Made by a program: the position numbers and the translations under genes
Shown here: positions 38,271 through 48,069 of the stretch, in pieces
Position numbering within the stretch: position 1 is the stretch's first letter
Layout: each line of letters opens with the position of its first letter
Origin: Nitrososphaerota archaeon
GTDB taxonomy: Archaea > Thermoproteota > Nitrososphaeria > Nitrososphaerales > Nitrosopumilaceae
Length of the DNA stretch: 64,000 nt
Assembly (NCBI GenBank): GCA_028867755.1
Contig: JAGWFT010000002.1
Coordinates: 64,001 to 128,000, forward strand
Direction of reading: 5' to 3'
Notes under the pieces: model-generated
Database searches by the model: none
What the model saw: only the letters and a program-made list of their open reading frames with translations
Told to the model about the DNA's origin: nothing

Positions 38271-39025
38271 TTGTTTTTTTTAAATTTATTATAAAGAAAT
38301 TTTGTTTGTTGATTTACATTCTTTACTGTTTTTTTGTCATAAGGTGAACCTATCAATGCATTTAGTTTTTTGTAAAGTTGTTTATCAAACCCATATTTTT
38401 CTGCAAACTTGAAATTAAGCCTTATCATGCCTTCGGCAAATCTCACTTCAGAACTATCCGTGACTTTTTTTGAAAAACCATCTATCATGTTTTTTTGATT
38501 TAATTTAGATAATTCATTTAGAAGATTAAAGATATATGGTGCTGAGATTTCTGCTTTCTGAGACGGTGTAAACTTTGGATTGTCGTAAACCTCGAATCTG
38601 AGTAATTTTTTGGCATCGTTTGCAATACTTGGGGTTTTAACAAAACCATCGTCATCAAGGCTAATTTTGAAATAATAACGTGGATGTTTTGACTCTGGAT
38701 TAATTTTCTTAAGTTTGTTGTGTTTGCGAGCATGTAGCAAAACATCACGCAAGCTTGAATCGGAAAGCCCCGTACCCTTTTTAATTTCTGAATGAGTTGA
38801 TTCCCCATGTATGGCTAGGTAATCTGAAACAAGACACCAGTTTAGAACTTCATCTTTTTGCATCAAAGGTCTAATGAATTCGCTCCATTTGTGAGATTTG
38901 ATGGCTTCTGCAATTTCTCCCAAAATTAATTCACTAACGATATGCAATAAAGATGTTTTAACTCTTATGAAAAATTCGTAACATAATGTCATGTTGTAAC
39001 AGCATGTGCATGTGATGTACAACAT
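38267..39025 (-). CDS. wHTH DNA-binding protein (start uncertain, probably shorter)
   Basis: LAIHGESTHSEIKKGTGLSDSSLRDVLLHARKHNKLKK...PRYY winged-helix pattern. Confidence 0.65.
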   Translation of the reverse strand: MLYITCTCCYNMTLCYEFFIRVKTSLLHIVSELILGEIAEAIKSHKWSEFIRPLMQKDEVLNWCLVSDYLAIHGESTHSEIKKGTGLSDSSLRDVLLHARKHNKLKKINPESKHPRYYFKISLDDDGFVKTPSIANDAKKLLRFEVYDNPKFTPSQKAEISAPYIFNLLNELSKLNQKNMIDGFSKKVTDSSEVRFAEGMIRLNFKFAEKYGFDKQLYKKLNALIGSPYDKKTVKNVNQQTKFLYNKFKKNN

Positions 39026-39073
39026 AGGTCTGAAATGTTATGGTGTTATTAATTTGAAAAATATCGATTAAAC

Positions 39074-39391
39074 ATGGCAACAACTAGTATTGTATTCTGT
39101 CCTTGTGGATGTGGACTTGAGATAGACAAAGTTCCACTAATTGAGATTCTATCACATGCTAGAAAAGCCTGTCAGAAAATATTAGGAGAATGGAAAATGC
39201 AAAATGAAACAAAAACAAGTTGGCAATACGGTGTAGCCTTCAACAAAATACAATCCTTCTTTCAAAGAAAGGCTACTTGTCCGTTAGCTGACTGCAAACA
39301 GTATGTTGAGGCACACACAATGATAGAGTGCGTTCAGCACTTGAAGAGTTACCTCAACTCAATTGAATTGGAAGGTGGGCAACCAAAATGA
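39074..39391 (+). CDS. Cys/His-rich, probably Zn-binding, hypothetical protein
   Basis: CPCGCG and CPLADC...H...C...H. Confidence 0.65.
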   Translation: MATTSIVFCPCGCGLEIDKVPLIEILSHARKACQKILGEWKMQNETKTSWQYGVAFNKIQSFFQRKATCPLADCKQYVEAHTMIECVQHLKSYLNSIELEGGQPK

Positions 39392-39900
39392 AAACTATTA
39401 GTGTTGTTGCTCTAATCTCAATTCTACCATTTATTTTTTTTACAAATAACGCAAACGCCTACGTTGAAAACATCCAACTACAAGACCAATCTGGAAATAT
39501 GGTTGCTGTTGGATTGGATAATCCAAGTATAACTGCAATTGAACAGGGTTGGGTTTATGGTTCTGTGCAGACAAGCAATACCCAAGTTGTTCAGAATACA
39601 GGTATGTCGGACTTTGTTTCGCAGATAAAGCCGACACCACTTGGTTCAGAAGTTGACTTTGCTGGAAAGTTGGACAGCACAGCCACTATCAGACTTGTAG
39701 ACAATTCTGGGCAAAGTTGGAGTCTGATCTTGGAACCACAAGTGGGGAAGAAGACTAGCCAAGATGCAAGCAGTGGTAGTATGCCAAGTGTTACAGATGT
39801 CCCATACTACGTCTATGGGATAGTGGGACTGATTGGTGTTGGAACAATCCTACTAATCAGAAGGAGGAAGAGGGAAATTGGTGAAATCAGCAGAGTCTAA
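39388..39900 (+). CDS. Surface protein with a signal peptide and C-terminal TM anchor
   Basis: N-terminal signal ending ANA; C-terminal YYVYGIVGLIGVGTILLI-RRRKR. Confidence 0.7.
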   Translation: MKTISVVALISILPFIFFTNNANAYVENIQLQDQSGNMVAVGLDNPSITAIEQGWVYGSVQTSNTQVVQNTGMSDFVSQIKPTPLGSEVDFAGKLDSTATIRLVDNSGQSWSLILEPQVGKKTSQDASSGSMPSVTDVPYYVYGIVGLIGVGTILLIRRRKREIGEISRV

Positions 39901-40891
39901 ATTTTTCACCGATCCTTTTCAACTGGCTAGCATCGGTATTGTAGCTGTTGGAGATACTGCCTGTAAACAGGCGGAGCAGTTCAGCAAGATACTGCACAAA
40001 CATGAAGCAATATACCAAGTCGGAGTAGTGGCATTAGTCAAAATCTCTACCGAAGTCTACGAAGATGCAAAACAAATAGCAAAACGTTTTCCAAAAAAAG
40101 AAAGACACAAGGTAGTTGGAATCTGTGCCAAGAACACCACACTGATTCGGGAGTTGGAAAAGTCTGAAGAGTTTGCAGAGAGCAAGCGAGGAGTCTGGCT
40201 ACCGAAACTAAAAGACGGCATAGACAGGATCGTAGAACTTCTTGAAACGCATCAGGTAAGCATAGTCGTTGTCTATCTTGGTAGCGGAGGTCATGCAACA
40301 CTGGGCAGGGAACTCATAACCATTCTCAAGGAAAGATATACGGGCGTTCACTTTGTCGTGGTTTTATGCAAACCATATCACGACAAGTTGTGTGAACCCA
40401 TCTACAAAAACAACCAAAAATTTGTCGTAAAAGGTGGAACTCTCAGTGTAATCTTTGAGAGTGAACTCGTAGAGAACTCGTTTGAAGCAAAAGACATTGA
40501 AAACAACACGAGTCTGTTTGCACTTCTCAACGAGAGAAAGACAGCCACTAACAAGTCTGCACCAGATATGCTGAGATTGATGGAGGCACACAAGCAATAT
40601 GTCATCAAGACCGCAGTGCGAAGCAATCCGATTTATCGCAAGCAGGGACTACTATGGGATACAACAAACAATCACAGAGATGTTACAACCGACACAATCG
40701 TGAGAGGAATCAAAGAAATCGGGATATGTCAAGACTGCCTGTATGTAATATCTGGAAGGACAACAGATGGGCAAATCAAGAATGGAATAATGCAAATCGG
40801 CAAAGGTGGCAAGGGCTTTGATCTAAACTACAGGTTACTGCCAACTGAAAAAAACGACACTCTGCTCATTGGGAAGTTTGAGCCATGCTGA
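39878..40891 (+). CDS. Highly divergent tubulin/FtsZ-superfamily GTPase-like protein
   Basis: T1-like IGIVAVGDTACK, T4-like VVVYLGSGGHATLG, VVVLCKPY, and T7-like NKSAPDMLRLM, in the correct order and spacing. Confidence 0.65.
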   Translation: MVKSAESKFFTDPFQLASIGIVAVGDTACKQAEQFSKILHKHEAIYQVGVVALVKISTEVYEDAKQIAKRFPKKERHKVVGICAKNTTLIRELEKSEEFAESKRGVWLPKLKDGIDRIVELLETHQVSIVVVYLGSGGHATLGRELITILKERYTGVHFVVVLCKPYHDKLCEPIYKNNQKFVVKGGTLSVIFESELVENSFEAKDIENNTSLFALLNERKTATNKSAPDMLRLMEAHKQYVIKTAVRSNPIYRKQGLLWDTTNNHRDVTTDTIVRGIKEIGICQDCLYVISGRTTDGQIKNGIMQIGKGGKGFDLNYRLLPTEKNDTLLIGKFEPC

Positions 40892-41002
40892 CCTATCATT
40901 TTTTATTTATTTCTGTGTATACTATTATTGGTAGATTAAATCAGACACATACCAAGAGATATTCATTATGCCAAATGGCTTGCTACCATTTCTGCACTGA
41001 TT

Positions 41003-42787
41003 TTGTTAGTGTATCTGCATTACTGGTTTGTTGCTGTAGTGATTGGTGGTAGTATTATGGGTTGGAAATTCTGGCAGACAAGAGAAGAATATGATAACTA
41101 TCTTGAAGGTGTCATAAGGCGAGTCGAAAACAAAGGCTTGCATAACTTCTTGCAGGTAGTAGCTGATCCCGTACATCCAAAAGGATTCAACATAATAGAT
41201 GAAACGTTAGGTCAACTAAATCAGAACATTCTCATAAATGGTTCTGCAAGAAGTGGAAAAACATGGCTTGGAATGTATCTTTGTTTAAAATTACCACATA
41301 GGAAAATCATTCTCTCTTTCAAAAAATTTCAGAGTAATAATAGAGACTTTGATATTGGTTACAAGTGGATAGACGTATCACAGTTTTTCCCAAACTTGTT
41401 CGCTGACGGGCAAAGTTTTTGTGAGGCATTTCGTTGCGCTTTCTTTAGCGATTTATCAAGTCGTGGACTTATGATCGATACGATCTTGTCTAAGGTCAAT
41501 GAAGTAATTGAGCAAGAGCCTAAGAACTTTGACGAATTCTTCAAGGCACTCGATAGAGTAGCAAAAAGTGGTCAGTGGGATGCCAACATTACAAACATTG
41601 TAAAATCAAAAGTCAAGAAATTACAGGTTGAGGGTGCAAAGCACGGCAGTATTAATTTTAGACAGGGAAACATAGTGTTAGATCTGGGAAATCTTCCAGA
41701 TGATGAGGTAAAGTCCTTTGTAGCCGAGTTATTTTTGAGACAGATAAACAGGATTGAAGAACAGGAACAAAACACAGAGAAGGTCTATGTTGTCATAGAC
41801 GAGGCTTGGCACATTCTAGCCAGCAAACAACAAAAGTCTATCATAGGAACGATGTTGCTTCAGGGTGCTTTCTATATTCAACTTATCATAATTACCCAAA
41901 ACTATACGCATCTTGATGAAGATTATCGGGGGCATTTCGGTTCTCATTTTTGCTTTAGAAATACAAACGATAAGGATTCAAAAGCGATTGAGGCTGGCTA
42001 TGGTGCGTTTGTCAGGGATGGGGTTAGACAATTACCAGATTTTTGCTATACTAATCTTAGATATCAACATGGAGAAAATATCTTACCATATTGGAAATTA
42101 AATTTTGAGAAATTGGAGAGGTTAATACAAGAAGCAAGACAGACTCATGTAGCAGAAGATAACCCACAGGCTGATTTTGTCAGTGATGGAAATAATGTTT
42201 GGAAGGATGGAGAAGAAAAGAAGAAGGATGAAACAAAAGAGAAGGAAAATTTGGAAGAGAGGGCTATTGACGTTCTCAAAAAAAGTGAGGTGGCTATGTA
42301 TGGATATGAACTTGGCAAGGCAGTTGGCGTTAAACCAAAAGATGTAACTACCAGAAGGAAAATTCTAAGAAAACTTTTAGAAGACAATAAAATAAAAGAA
42401 TGGATTTGTCAAATACGAAATGAAGAAGTTTCATACTACTACCTGATTAACGATGGTCGTGATGTATGCCATAATCTTATGACAAGAGAGACAAAGAAAA
42501 AGTTTGGAGACTGGAAGATTATTTTCGAGGCATCGCAGGGAACAGGAGGCGCAGATTTTGTAATACTACGAGAGAAAGATGGAAAGAAAATTGCCATCGA
42601 GTGTGAAACTAGTTTAAAGAAGGACGCCTCGGATCTGCGTGAAAGGATTGAAAAGAACCTTGCAGATGGAATTGACACAATAATTATGAGTCCTACAGAA
42701 GCGGTCAGAGAAAACTATTCTGCTTTGTTTGAGTGCAAATGCTGTCTTATTTCTGAATTGGAGATATTGAAGAATTGGAAAAAGTAA
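41003..42787 (+). CDS. Membrane-anchored HerA/VirD4/FtsK-like ATPase fused to wHTH and PD-(D/E)XK domains (start uncertain)
   Basis: N-terminal TM; Walker A GSARSGKT; Walker B VVIDEAW; IIITQN; then a wHTH (YGYELGKAVG...RKILRKLLEDNKI) and GGADFV...IAIECET. Confidence 0.8.
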   Translation: MLVYLHYWFVAVVIGGSIMGWKFWQTREEYDNYLEGVIRRVENKGLHNFLQVVADPVHPKGFNIIDETLGQLNQNILINGSARSGKTWLGMYLCLKLPHRKIILSFKKFQSNNRDFDIGYKWIDVSQFFPNLFADGQSFCEAFRCAFFSDLSSRGLMIDTILSKVNEVIEQEPKNFDEFFKALDRVAKSGQWDANITNIVKSKVKKLQVEGAKHGSINFRQGNIVLDLGNLPDDEVKSFVAELFLRQINRIEEQEQNTEKVYVVIDEAWHILASKQQKSIIGTMLLQGAFYIQLIIITQNYTHLDEDYRGHFGSHFCFRNTNDKDSKAIEAGYGAFVRDGVRQLPDFCYTNLRYQHGENILPYWKLNFEKLERLIQEARQTHVAEDNPQADFVSDGNNVWKDGEEKKKDETKEKENLEERAIDVLKKSEVAMYGYELGKAVGVKPKDVTTRRKILRKLLEDNKIKEWICQIRNEEVSYYYLINDGRDVCHNLMTRETKKKFGDWKIIFEASQGTGGADFVILREKDGKKIAIECETSLKKDASDLRERIEKNLADGIDTIIMSPTEAVRENYSALFECKCCLISELEILKNWKK

Positions 42788-43680
42788 AAATTCCTAGAGA
42801 CTGGTCTAGAGTCAGGGATGCCATAGTCAGCCGTATTCTGGGGTTTACTACAACATCAGCTAATGCAAAACCATATCGAGACAAAAAGGGAGACTTGGTT
42901 ATACCGATGGGTCACGACGGGGCTTGGCTGATTATATGCATGATGCTCTCAACTCTCATTTTTGCTGGCATCTTTCGTATATCTGGGATGAGTCTTGCAG
43001 AAACGCAGACAGAGTTTCCAAAGTATGATGCTGAGTGGATTTTTCTTATAATGGTCTTATTCCTTTTGCCAAGAATAGTTTTCAGAGGAATTTTAGGCTA
43101 TAGAGATATCCCTAAAGGTTGGACAAGAGAACAGGCTGAGGCTTTTTTTAATTTACAAGGAGCGAGGTCAAGGTGGAAAAGCCTTCTAGAAGAGGTGCTT
43201 GCATGGTTTCCTCTGATAACTTGTTTTAAAATAATTAACAATGTTGGCAAACAAGTTGGTGGTAAGGATTGGAAATTTGGCAGGTGGCTAGTAACTGTTT
43301 TTGCGTGGATGGTTGGATATTATGCATTTTTTAGACTGGTGTTTTGGGTTGAATCTTATGTAAAAGACGCAACGTTAAGCACGTTACTTCCAATAAGTGC
43401 GATAGTCTTTGCTATCATAGCACCTATAGTTTATGCAAGGAAAAAATATCTCACACATTTCAAGAATAACAAAAGATCTCTTGTTGAAGCCTATATGGAA
43501 ATAAAACATGGAAGGCGATGGAGAGTGTGGCTTTATGCATTTATTGGCGTTGGATTGTGCGGTGTTCCCTTGATGATGTATTTTGGGATTGACAAATTAT
43601 TATTTAGCGTGCCAGCCTATTTTGGATTACTTGTTTTCTGTGCATTGAAAGGCAGAGGAAAGTTAAGAAGAAAAAACTAG
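42775..43680 (+). CDS. Multi-pass membrane protein
   Basis: About six hydrophobic segments; overlaps the ATPase stop. Confidence 0.75.
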   Translation: MEKVKIPRDWSRVRDAIVSRILGFTTTSANAKPYRDKKGDLVIPMGHDGAWLIICMMLSTLIFAGIFRISGMSLAETQTEFPKYDAEWIFLIMVLFLLPRIVFRGILGYRDIPKGWTREQAEAFFNLQGARSRWKSLLEEVLAWFPLITCFKIINNVGKQVGGKDWKFGRWLVTVFAWMVGYYAFFRLVFWVESYVKDATLSTLLPISAIVFAIIAPIVYARKKYLTHFKNNKRSLVEAYMEIKHGRRWRVWLYAFIGVGLCGVPLMMYFGIDKLLFSVPAYFGLLVFCALKGRGKLRRKN

Positions 43681-43754
43681 TATCTTTTACTTGAAGTGTA
43701 GAACCCAGAGCGAGGCTTCTTAGATGTTGTGTTTCTAAATAATATTGTGATGAA

Positions 43755-44174
43755 ATGGAAAATGAAACACCACAGATTGAGGAGAGGTATAGGAGACTAT
43801 ACAGAAGTTATGAAACAGAAGACAAGAAAAGGTCTTACGACCTGTTTGTAAGACAGGACAAGAGCAGGACAACGGTATCAACCATACAGAGCGAGAAGAT
43901 CGCAGAAGGCGAGGAAAAATCAATCTCTGTATTTCTCCGAGAAGAGAACCACATAATCTCTATTGAGGTCTGGACGGGCTTTGTAGGTGATGTTCTCAAA
44001 AAGTACGAGCGTCAGTATACTGGACGAGTGGATTATGACATTGGAGCTCTCTTTATGAGCGAGATATACGACAACGCACTACGCATCAACAGCAGGACGC
44101 CATCGGTTGCAAAGGTCTCGGAAAAAATAATAGACTTTGCAAAAATGCACAGGGAGAAGCAGAAATCATTATGA
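43755..44174 (+). CDS. Hypothetical protein
   Basis: 139-aa charged ORF within the element operon. Confidence 0.65.
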   Translation: MENETPQIEERYRRLYRSYETEDKKRSYDLFVRQDKSRTTVSTIQSEKIAEGEEKSISVFLREENHIISIEVWTGFVGDVLKKYERQYTGRVDYDIGALFMSEIYDNALRINSRTPSVAKVSEKIIDFAKMHREKQKSL

Positions 44175-44175
44175 A

Positions 44176-44415
44176 ATGCGACAGAAAAATAGACAAATCA
44201 AGTATGCACTTGTGTTACTACAAGTTGGTCTTTTAGCAAGTGCATTTTTTCTTTTCTTTGGTCTAGTGGCGATGATGCTATATCTAATTGGTGAAATTAG
44301 CATCGCTGAGATTGTTGATTATTTGCTACTTTCTACTACGTGGGAGAGTGTGGGAATAACATTTTTTGAAGGTTTGATATGGATTGCGTTTAAGAAAAAT
44401 AGGTCGAAAAAATGA
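44176..44415 (+). CDS. 79-aa two-TM small protein (pilin-like size)
   Basis: MRQKNRQIKYALVLLQVGLLASAFFLFFGLVAMMLYLIG...GITFFEGLIWIAFKK; in-frame ATG at 44176. Confidence 0.55.
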   Translation: MRQKNRQIKYALVLLQVGLLASAFFLFFGLVAMMLYLIGEISIAEIVDYLLLSTTWESVGITFFEGLIWIAFKKNRSKK

Positions 44416-44726
44416 TAGACAATATATTGAATTTCCTACTTGGATTGATTGATGGTACTTATGATAATGATGAAGATGTGAATGAAAAACTAAAGGTGAT
44501 TGAACGAGAAAAATTAAAGAGTTTAAAAAGAAAATAGATCCACGATCCTGCAAGCATAAGATGCTTGTCTATTATCGGAGAAGGTATGGAAATGTAGTAT
44601 GGGAGTTCTGGCGTTGCCTTGATTGTAAAAAAATAGTTCGCAAGGCAATATGGAATGTAAAGAATTTCTTTGGTTAAATGGTAGGTGTGTGGGCTTACTC
44701 TTTATTCGACCCACACGGAGAGTAAC

Positions 44727-45005
44727 TTACTTTGTTTTGTCTGGTTCTTTTCTTAGAAGGTGCTGATATGGGCTAGGGCGGTACATTGTTACTACCCCAT
44801 GACGAATCATGTCGTCCATTATTTCGCTGTCCTTCAAAGGACGCTGGCAAAGTCTACAATAGACTCTGTACGTCCAATATGGTCTTCTATTTTCATAGAA
44901 GGTTCTTGGTTTGTTGTTTTCCATTTCCGTTACCTCGCCTAGTTTCTTAGGCAGTATTATTACTATAATCCTGCACTTTAAGTTATCTTCAAAAACAAAT
45001 GTCAT
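44727..45005 (-). CDS. Small hypothetical protein with a CxxC motif
   Basis: YRVYCRLCQRPL; the true start is probably the internal MENNK. Confidence 0.45.
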   Translation of the reverse strand: MTFVFEDNLKCRIIVIILPKKLGEVTEMENNKPRTFYENRRPYWTYRVYCRLCQRPLKDSEIMDDMIRHGVVTMYRPSPYQHLLRKEPDKTK

Positions 45006-45093
45006 TGTAATGAAAATGAGCGAAGCCTAAAGACGACCAGTTTTATCATAACCTTAAATCTCTCAAATTATCGAATAAAATAAGAGAATTCGT

Positions 45094-48069
45094 ATGGATC
45101 TAACAAAAGAAAATCTGCATGTTATCATCAGCGAATTTAGAGAATGGTTCAAGGGCAATGATGGTCAGAGGCATTTCAATAACATAGAGAAGGAAAAACA
45201 AGATGTAAAGGATCTCATGAAAAAACTAAAACCAATGGATAAGAACTCGCCAGAGTTCGTTGACTGGGTTCTATATGGGTTGCTACCTTATTTTAAAACA
45301 AAATTTGCAAAACGTGTTAGTACATTTCCCGTATTTCTAAACATAAAACTCTTCCTTAAAAATCGTAACGAGGAAGATTGGACAATATTGGCGAATATGA
45401 TATATGATCTTGCTCACAATTTTCAAGAAACGCCCAATAAGTTAGATATCTGGATTAAAGATTTTATTTCTGACAAAGCTCGTAGTAGAATGATTCAGTG
45501 TGGCACAATATCTCCGATAATATTTTGTATCAACGAATCGTTCCCAGTAGTGAATAACAGGGTCAGACATACCTACAATGAATTTGCAACTGTTTTTGGT
45601 TGGAATGATATCATGTCTCAGAAATTAGAACACTATTTGGACAATGTAAAAAAATGTCAGAAACTTATTGATGCATTAGGTGTTGAAGAACTTAGAAATC
45701 TTACCATTTTTGATGAATTCTGTTATTGGTATGATTATATTTACAAAGGAGAAAACGATGAGGAAGAAGAAACTGAATCTGATGTTGAGGTAAAGACAAG
45801 AGCTGAGGAAGTTAATCTTCCAATGTTTCTTGAGTCTGCACAATTAAGTAATCTAGCTAAATTTGAACCGCATTCGCTACGTAATCCAGAGAGAATCAAA
45901 ATCGACCAGATTATTTCTAATGCTTCTAACGGTAAATGGGTTCTACCAAATTTTCAAAGATATTTTGATTGGAAGAAGAACGATGTCAAGGAATTACTAA
46001 AATCAATATTCAACGATTATTATGTAGGAGCACTTCTTCTGTGGGATGTCGGAAAAGAACCAGAATTAGATCCTATGCCCATCATGGGTGTGGATATTAG
46101 AAAGGACGAACTCAAACCAAATTCTATCATTTTAGACGGGCAACAAAGGATTACATCGCTTTATTACGCACTGAGAGCGCCTAATTTTCCATTGCGGGGT
46201 AGTAGCGCACCTCTCTATTTTTACATTAACTTTTCTGAATTTTTTAATCAAAATGAGTCGAGTGACATTATAGAAATATTACCGAGAAAATTGGGCAGAG
46301 ATGAATCTTTTAAAAAAAGACTGTTTCCATTCTATGAATTAGAGAAGTATTCTGAATGGGTAGATGGTTTTGAAGATTTTATGTTGAAGGCTTCAACAGA
46401 CCAAGATAAGATAAGATCTATTAGGAGAATCATCGACAAAAAATTAAGGCATGTAATAGACGGTTTTGAAATTCCATATATCTCTCTTCCAGAAACAATG
46501 GAATTACCACAAGTAACCGATATTTTTGAAAAAATAAACACGATGGGAAAAGTCCTTAGCGTATTTGATCTTTTGATAGCTAGACTTAGCAAATACGAAA
46601 TAGAATTGAAAACACATTGGGAGGAATCCGTTAAGCGATTCCCTAAATTGCTTGAATATTACAAATCAATAGATAAGATACCCATTTACATCCTTCAGGC
46701 AATTTCCCTCTGCTATAATAAAACTAGTTCTTGTAAAAGAGAAGATATTCTAAATATATATCAAAATGTTTTTGAGCCTACAGATCTTTCCTTTGAGGAA
46801 ATTTGGAACGAGATGACAGAATACTTGAACAAGGGCATATTAAAAATTGAAAATCTGAGAGATGGGTTTGGTGTTAAAGACAGAAATGAGTTGCCGTTTG
46901 CTCCTATGATTCCTATACTGGCAGCCCTAACTAAGGAAATTGAATCGAGACATAACAAAGTCGACTGTTACAAAAAACTTGGCACATGGTACTGGACATC
47001 AGTCTTCTCTAATGCATACTCTGGTGCTGTTGATAGCCAGTTAACAGCAGATTTCAAGGAAATGAAAGATTGGTTCTCCGATGATACTAAGATTCCAAAA
47101 ACAGTAGATAGAGCTAGGAGAGAATTTGCCACGTTGAATCTTCGTGAAATACAATCTAAATCAAGTGCGATGTACAGAGGAGTCTTGTCACTTTTAGCGT
47201 TGGAAGGAGCTAATGACTTTAACACTAATCAAACCCTTGAGAATGCCCGAAATAACGATAAAGACCACCTGTTTCCCAAAGCTGAATTTCATTCTATGAG
47301 GAATGTAAATTCTATTTTAAACATAAGCTGGATGTCTGATGAGACCAACAGGAAGATTAAGAGATACAAGAAACCCTCCGCTTATGTCAAAGAGTTCATT
47401 AAGGAAAAATATGGCGGAAATGAAAAAGAATTTTTGAAAGTTTTGGAAAGTCATTTCATAAACAAAAATGCCTATGATTGTATGTTAAGAGATGACTTTC
47501 AGGGTTTCATTTCTGAACGCGAAAAAGTCGTTCTTGGTAAGATTAAGAATGCGATCGGTCTTGAAGGTACTGTACAAGACCACACTCTGATAACTCCAGA
47601 GCAACCATTTTCAAATCGTGTAGCTTTCTGGAATACGATAAAATCCTGTGATAGTTATATTTACTGGGTCGATAAATATTTCTCAAAGGAAGGACTCGAG
47701 CTACTCTCTCAATCATTGGATACAAACAAAACAAAAACTGTAAAGATAATCATTTCAGTTGAGAAAGCAGATGAAAAACTAAGAAGTCTCTTCAAAGACT
47801 TTAGAGAAGAGATGAAAAACAAGAATACTATCTGCGAGCTCAGGGTGATAACCGATTCTAAGTTGAAATCAAGTATACACGACAGATGGATATTGTCAAA
47901 GAACAGTTGTTTTAACATACCGTCGCCTGACACAGTAGCGAGAGGTCAGTACAGTGAAATAAAAGCCACAGAAAACAGACCTCCTTTCGATGATTGGTGG
48001 ACGAGAAGCCTCGATATAATCAACAATTGGAATGAAATTCAGAAAAGTAAAGAGATAATTTCAAAATAA
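45094..48069 (+). CDS. GmrSD-like type IV restriction protein: N-terminal domain, DUF262, HNH/DUF1524-like and PLD-like domains
   Basis: VLPNFQRYFDW and IILDGQQRITSL (DUF262); DKDHLFP...N...NRKI (HNH-like); YWVDKYF...IHDRWI (PLD-like). Confidence 0.8.
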   Translation: MDLTKENLHVIISEFREWFKGNDGQRHFNNIEKEKQDVKDLMKKLKPMDKNSPEFVDWVLYGLLPYFKTKFAKRVSTFPVFLNIKLFLKNRNEEDWTILANMIYDLAHNFQETPNKLDIWIKDFISDKARSRMIQCGTISPIIFCINESFPVVNNRVRHTYNEFATVFGWNDIMSQKLEHYLDNVKKCQKLIDALGVEELRNLTIFDEFCYWYDYIYKGENDEEEETESDVEVKTRAEEVNLPMFLESAQLSNLAKFEPHSLRNPERIKIDQIISNASNGKWVLPNFQRYFDWKKNDVKELLKSIFNDYYVGALLLWDVGKEPELDPMPIMGVDIRKDELKPNSIILDGQQRITSLYYALRAPNFPLRGSSAPLYFYINFSEFFNQNESSDIIEILPRKLGRDESFKKRLFPFYELEKYSEWVDGFEDFMLKASTDQDKIRSIRRIIDKKLRHVIDGFEIPYISLPETMELPQVTDIFEKINTMGKVLSVFDLLIARLSKYEIELKTHWEESVKRFPKLLEYYKSIDKIPIYILQAISLCYNKTSSCKREDILNIYQNVFEPTDLSFEEIWNEMTEYLNKGILKIENLRDGFGVKDRNELPFAPMIPILAALTKEIESRHNKVDCYKKLGTWYWTSVFSNAYSGAVDSQLTADFKEMKDWFSDDTKIPKTVDRARREFATLNLREIQSKSSAMYRGVLSLLALEGANDFNTNQTLENARNNDKDHLFPKAEFHSMRNVNSILNISWMSDETNRKIKRYKKPSAYVKEFIKEKYGGNEKEFLKVLESHFINKNAYDCMLRDDFQGFISEREKVVLGKIKNAIGLEGTVQDHTLITPEQPFSNRVAFWNTIKSCDSYIYWVDKYFSKEGLELLSQSLDTNKTKTVKIIISVEKADEKLRSLFKDFREEMKNKNTICELRVITDSKLKSSIHDRWILSKNSCFNIPSPDTVARGQYSEIKATENRPPFDDWWTRSLDIINNWNEIQKSKEIISK

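Noticed and set aside
44561-44677. 38-aa ORF MLVYYRRRYGNVVWEFWRCLDCKKIVRKAIWNVKNFFG in the element
   Set aside because: It has a CxxC and an upstream in-frame CKH but no convincing start. It could be a fragment, and there is not enough support to call it.
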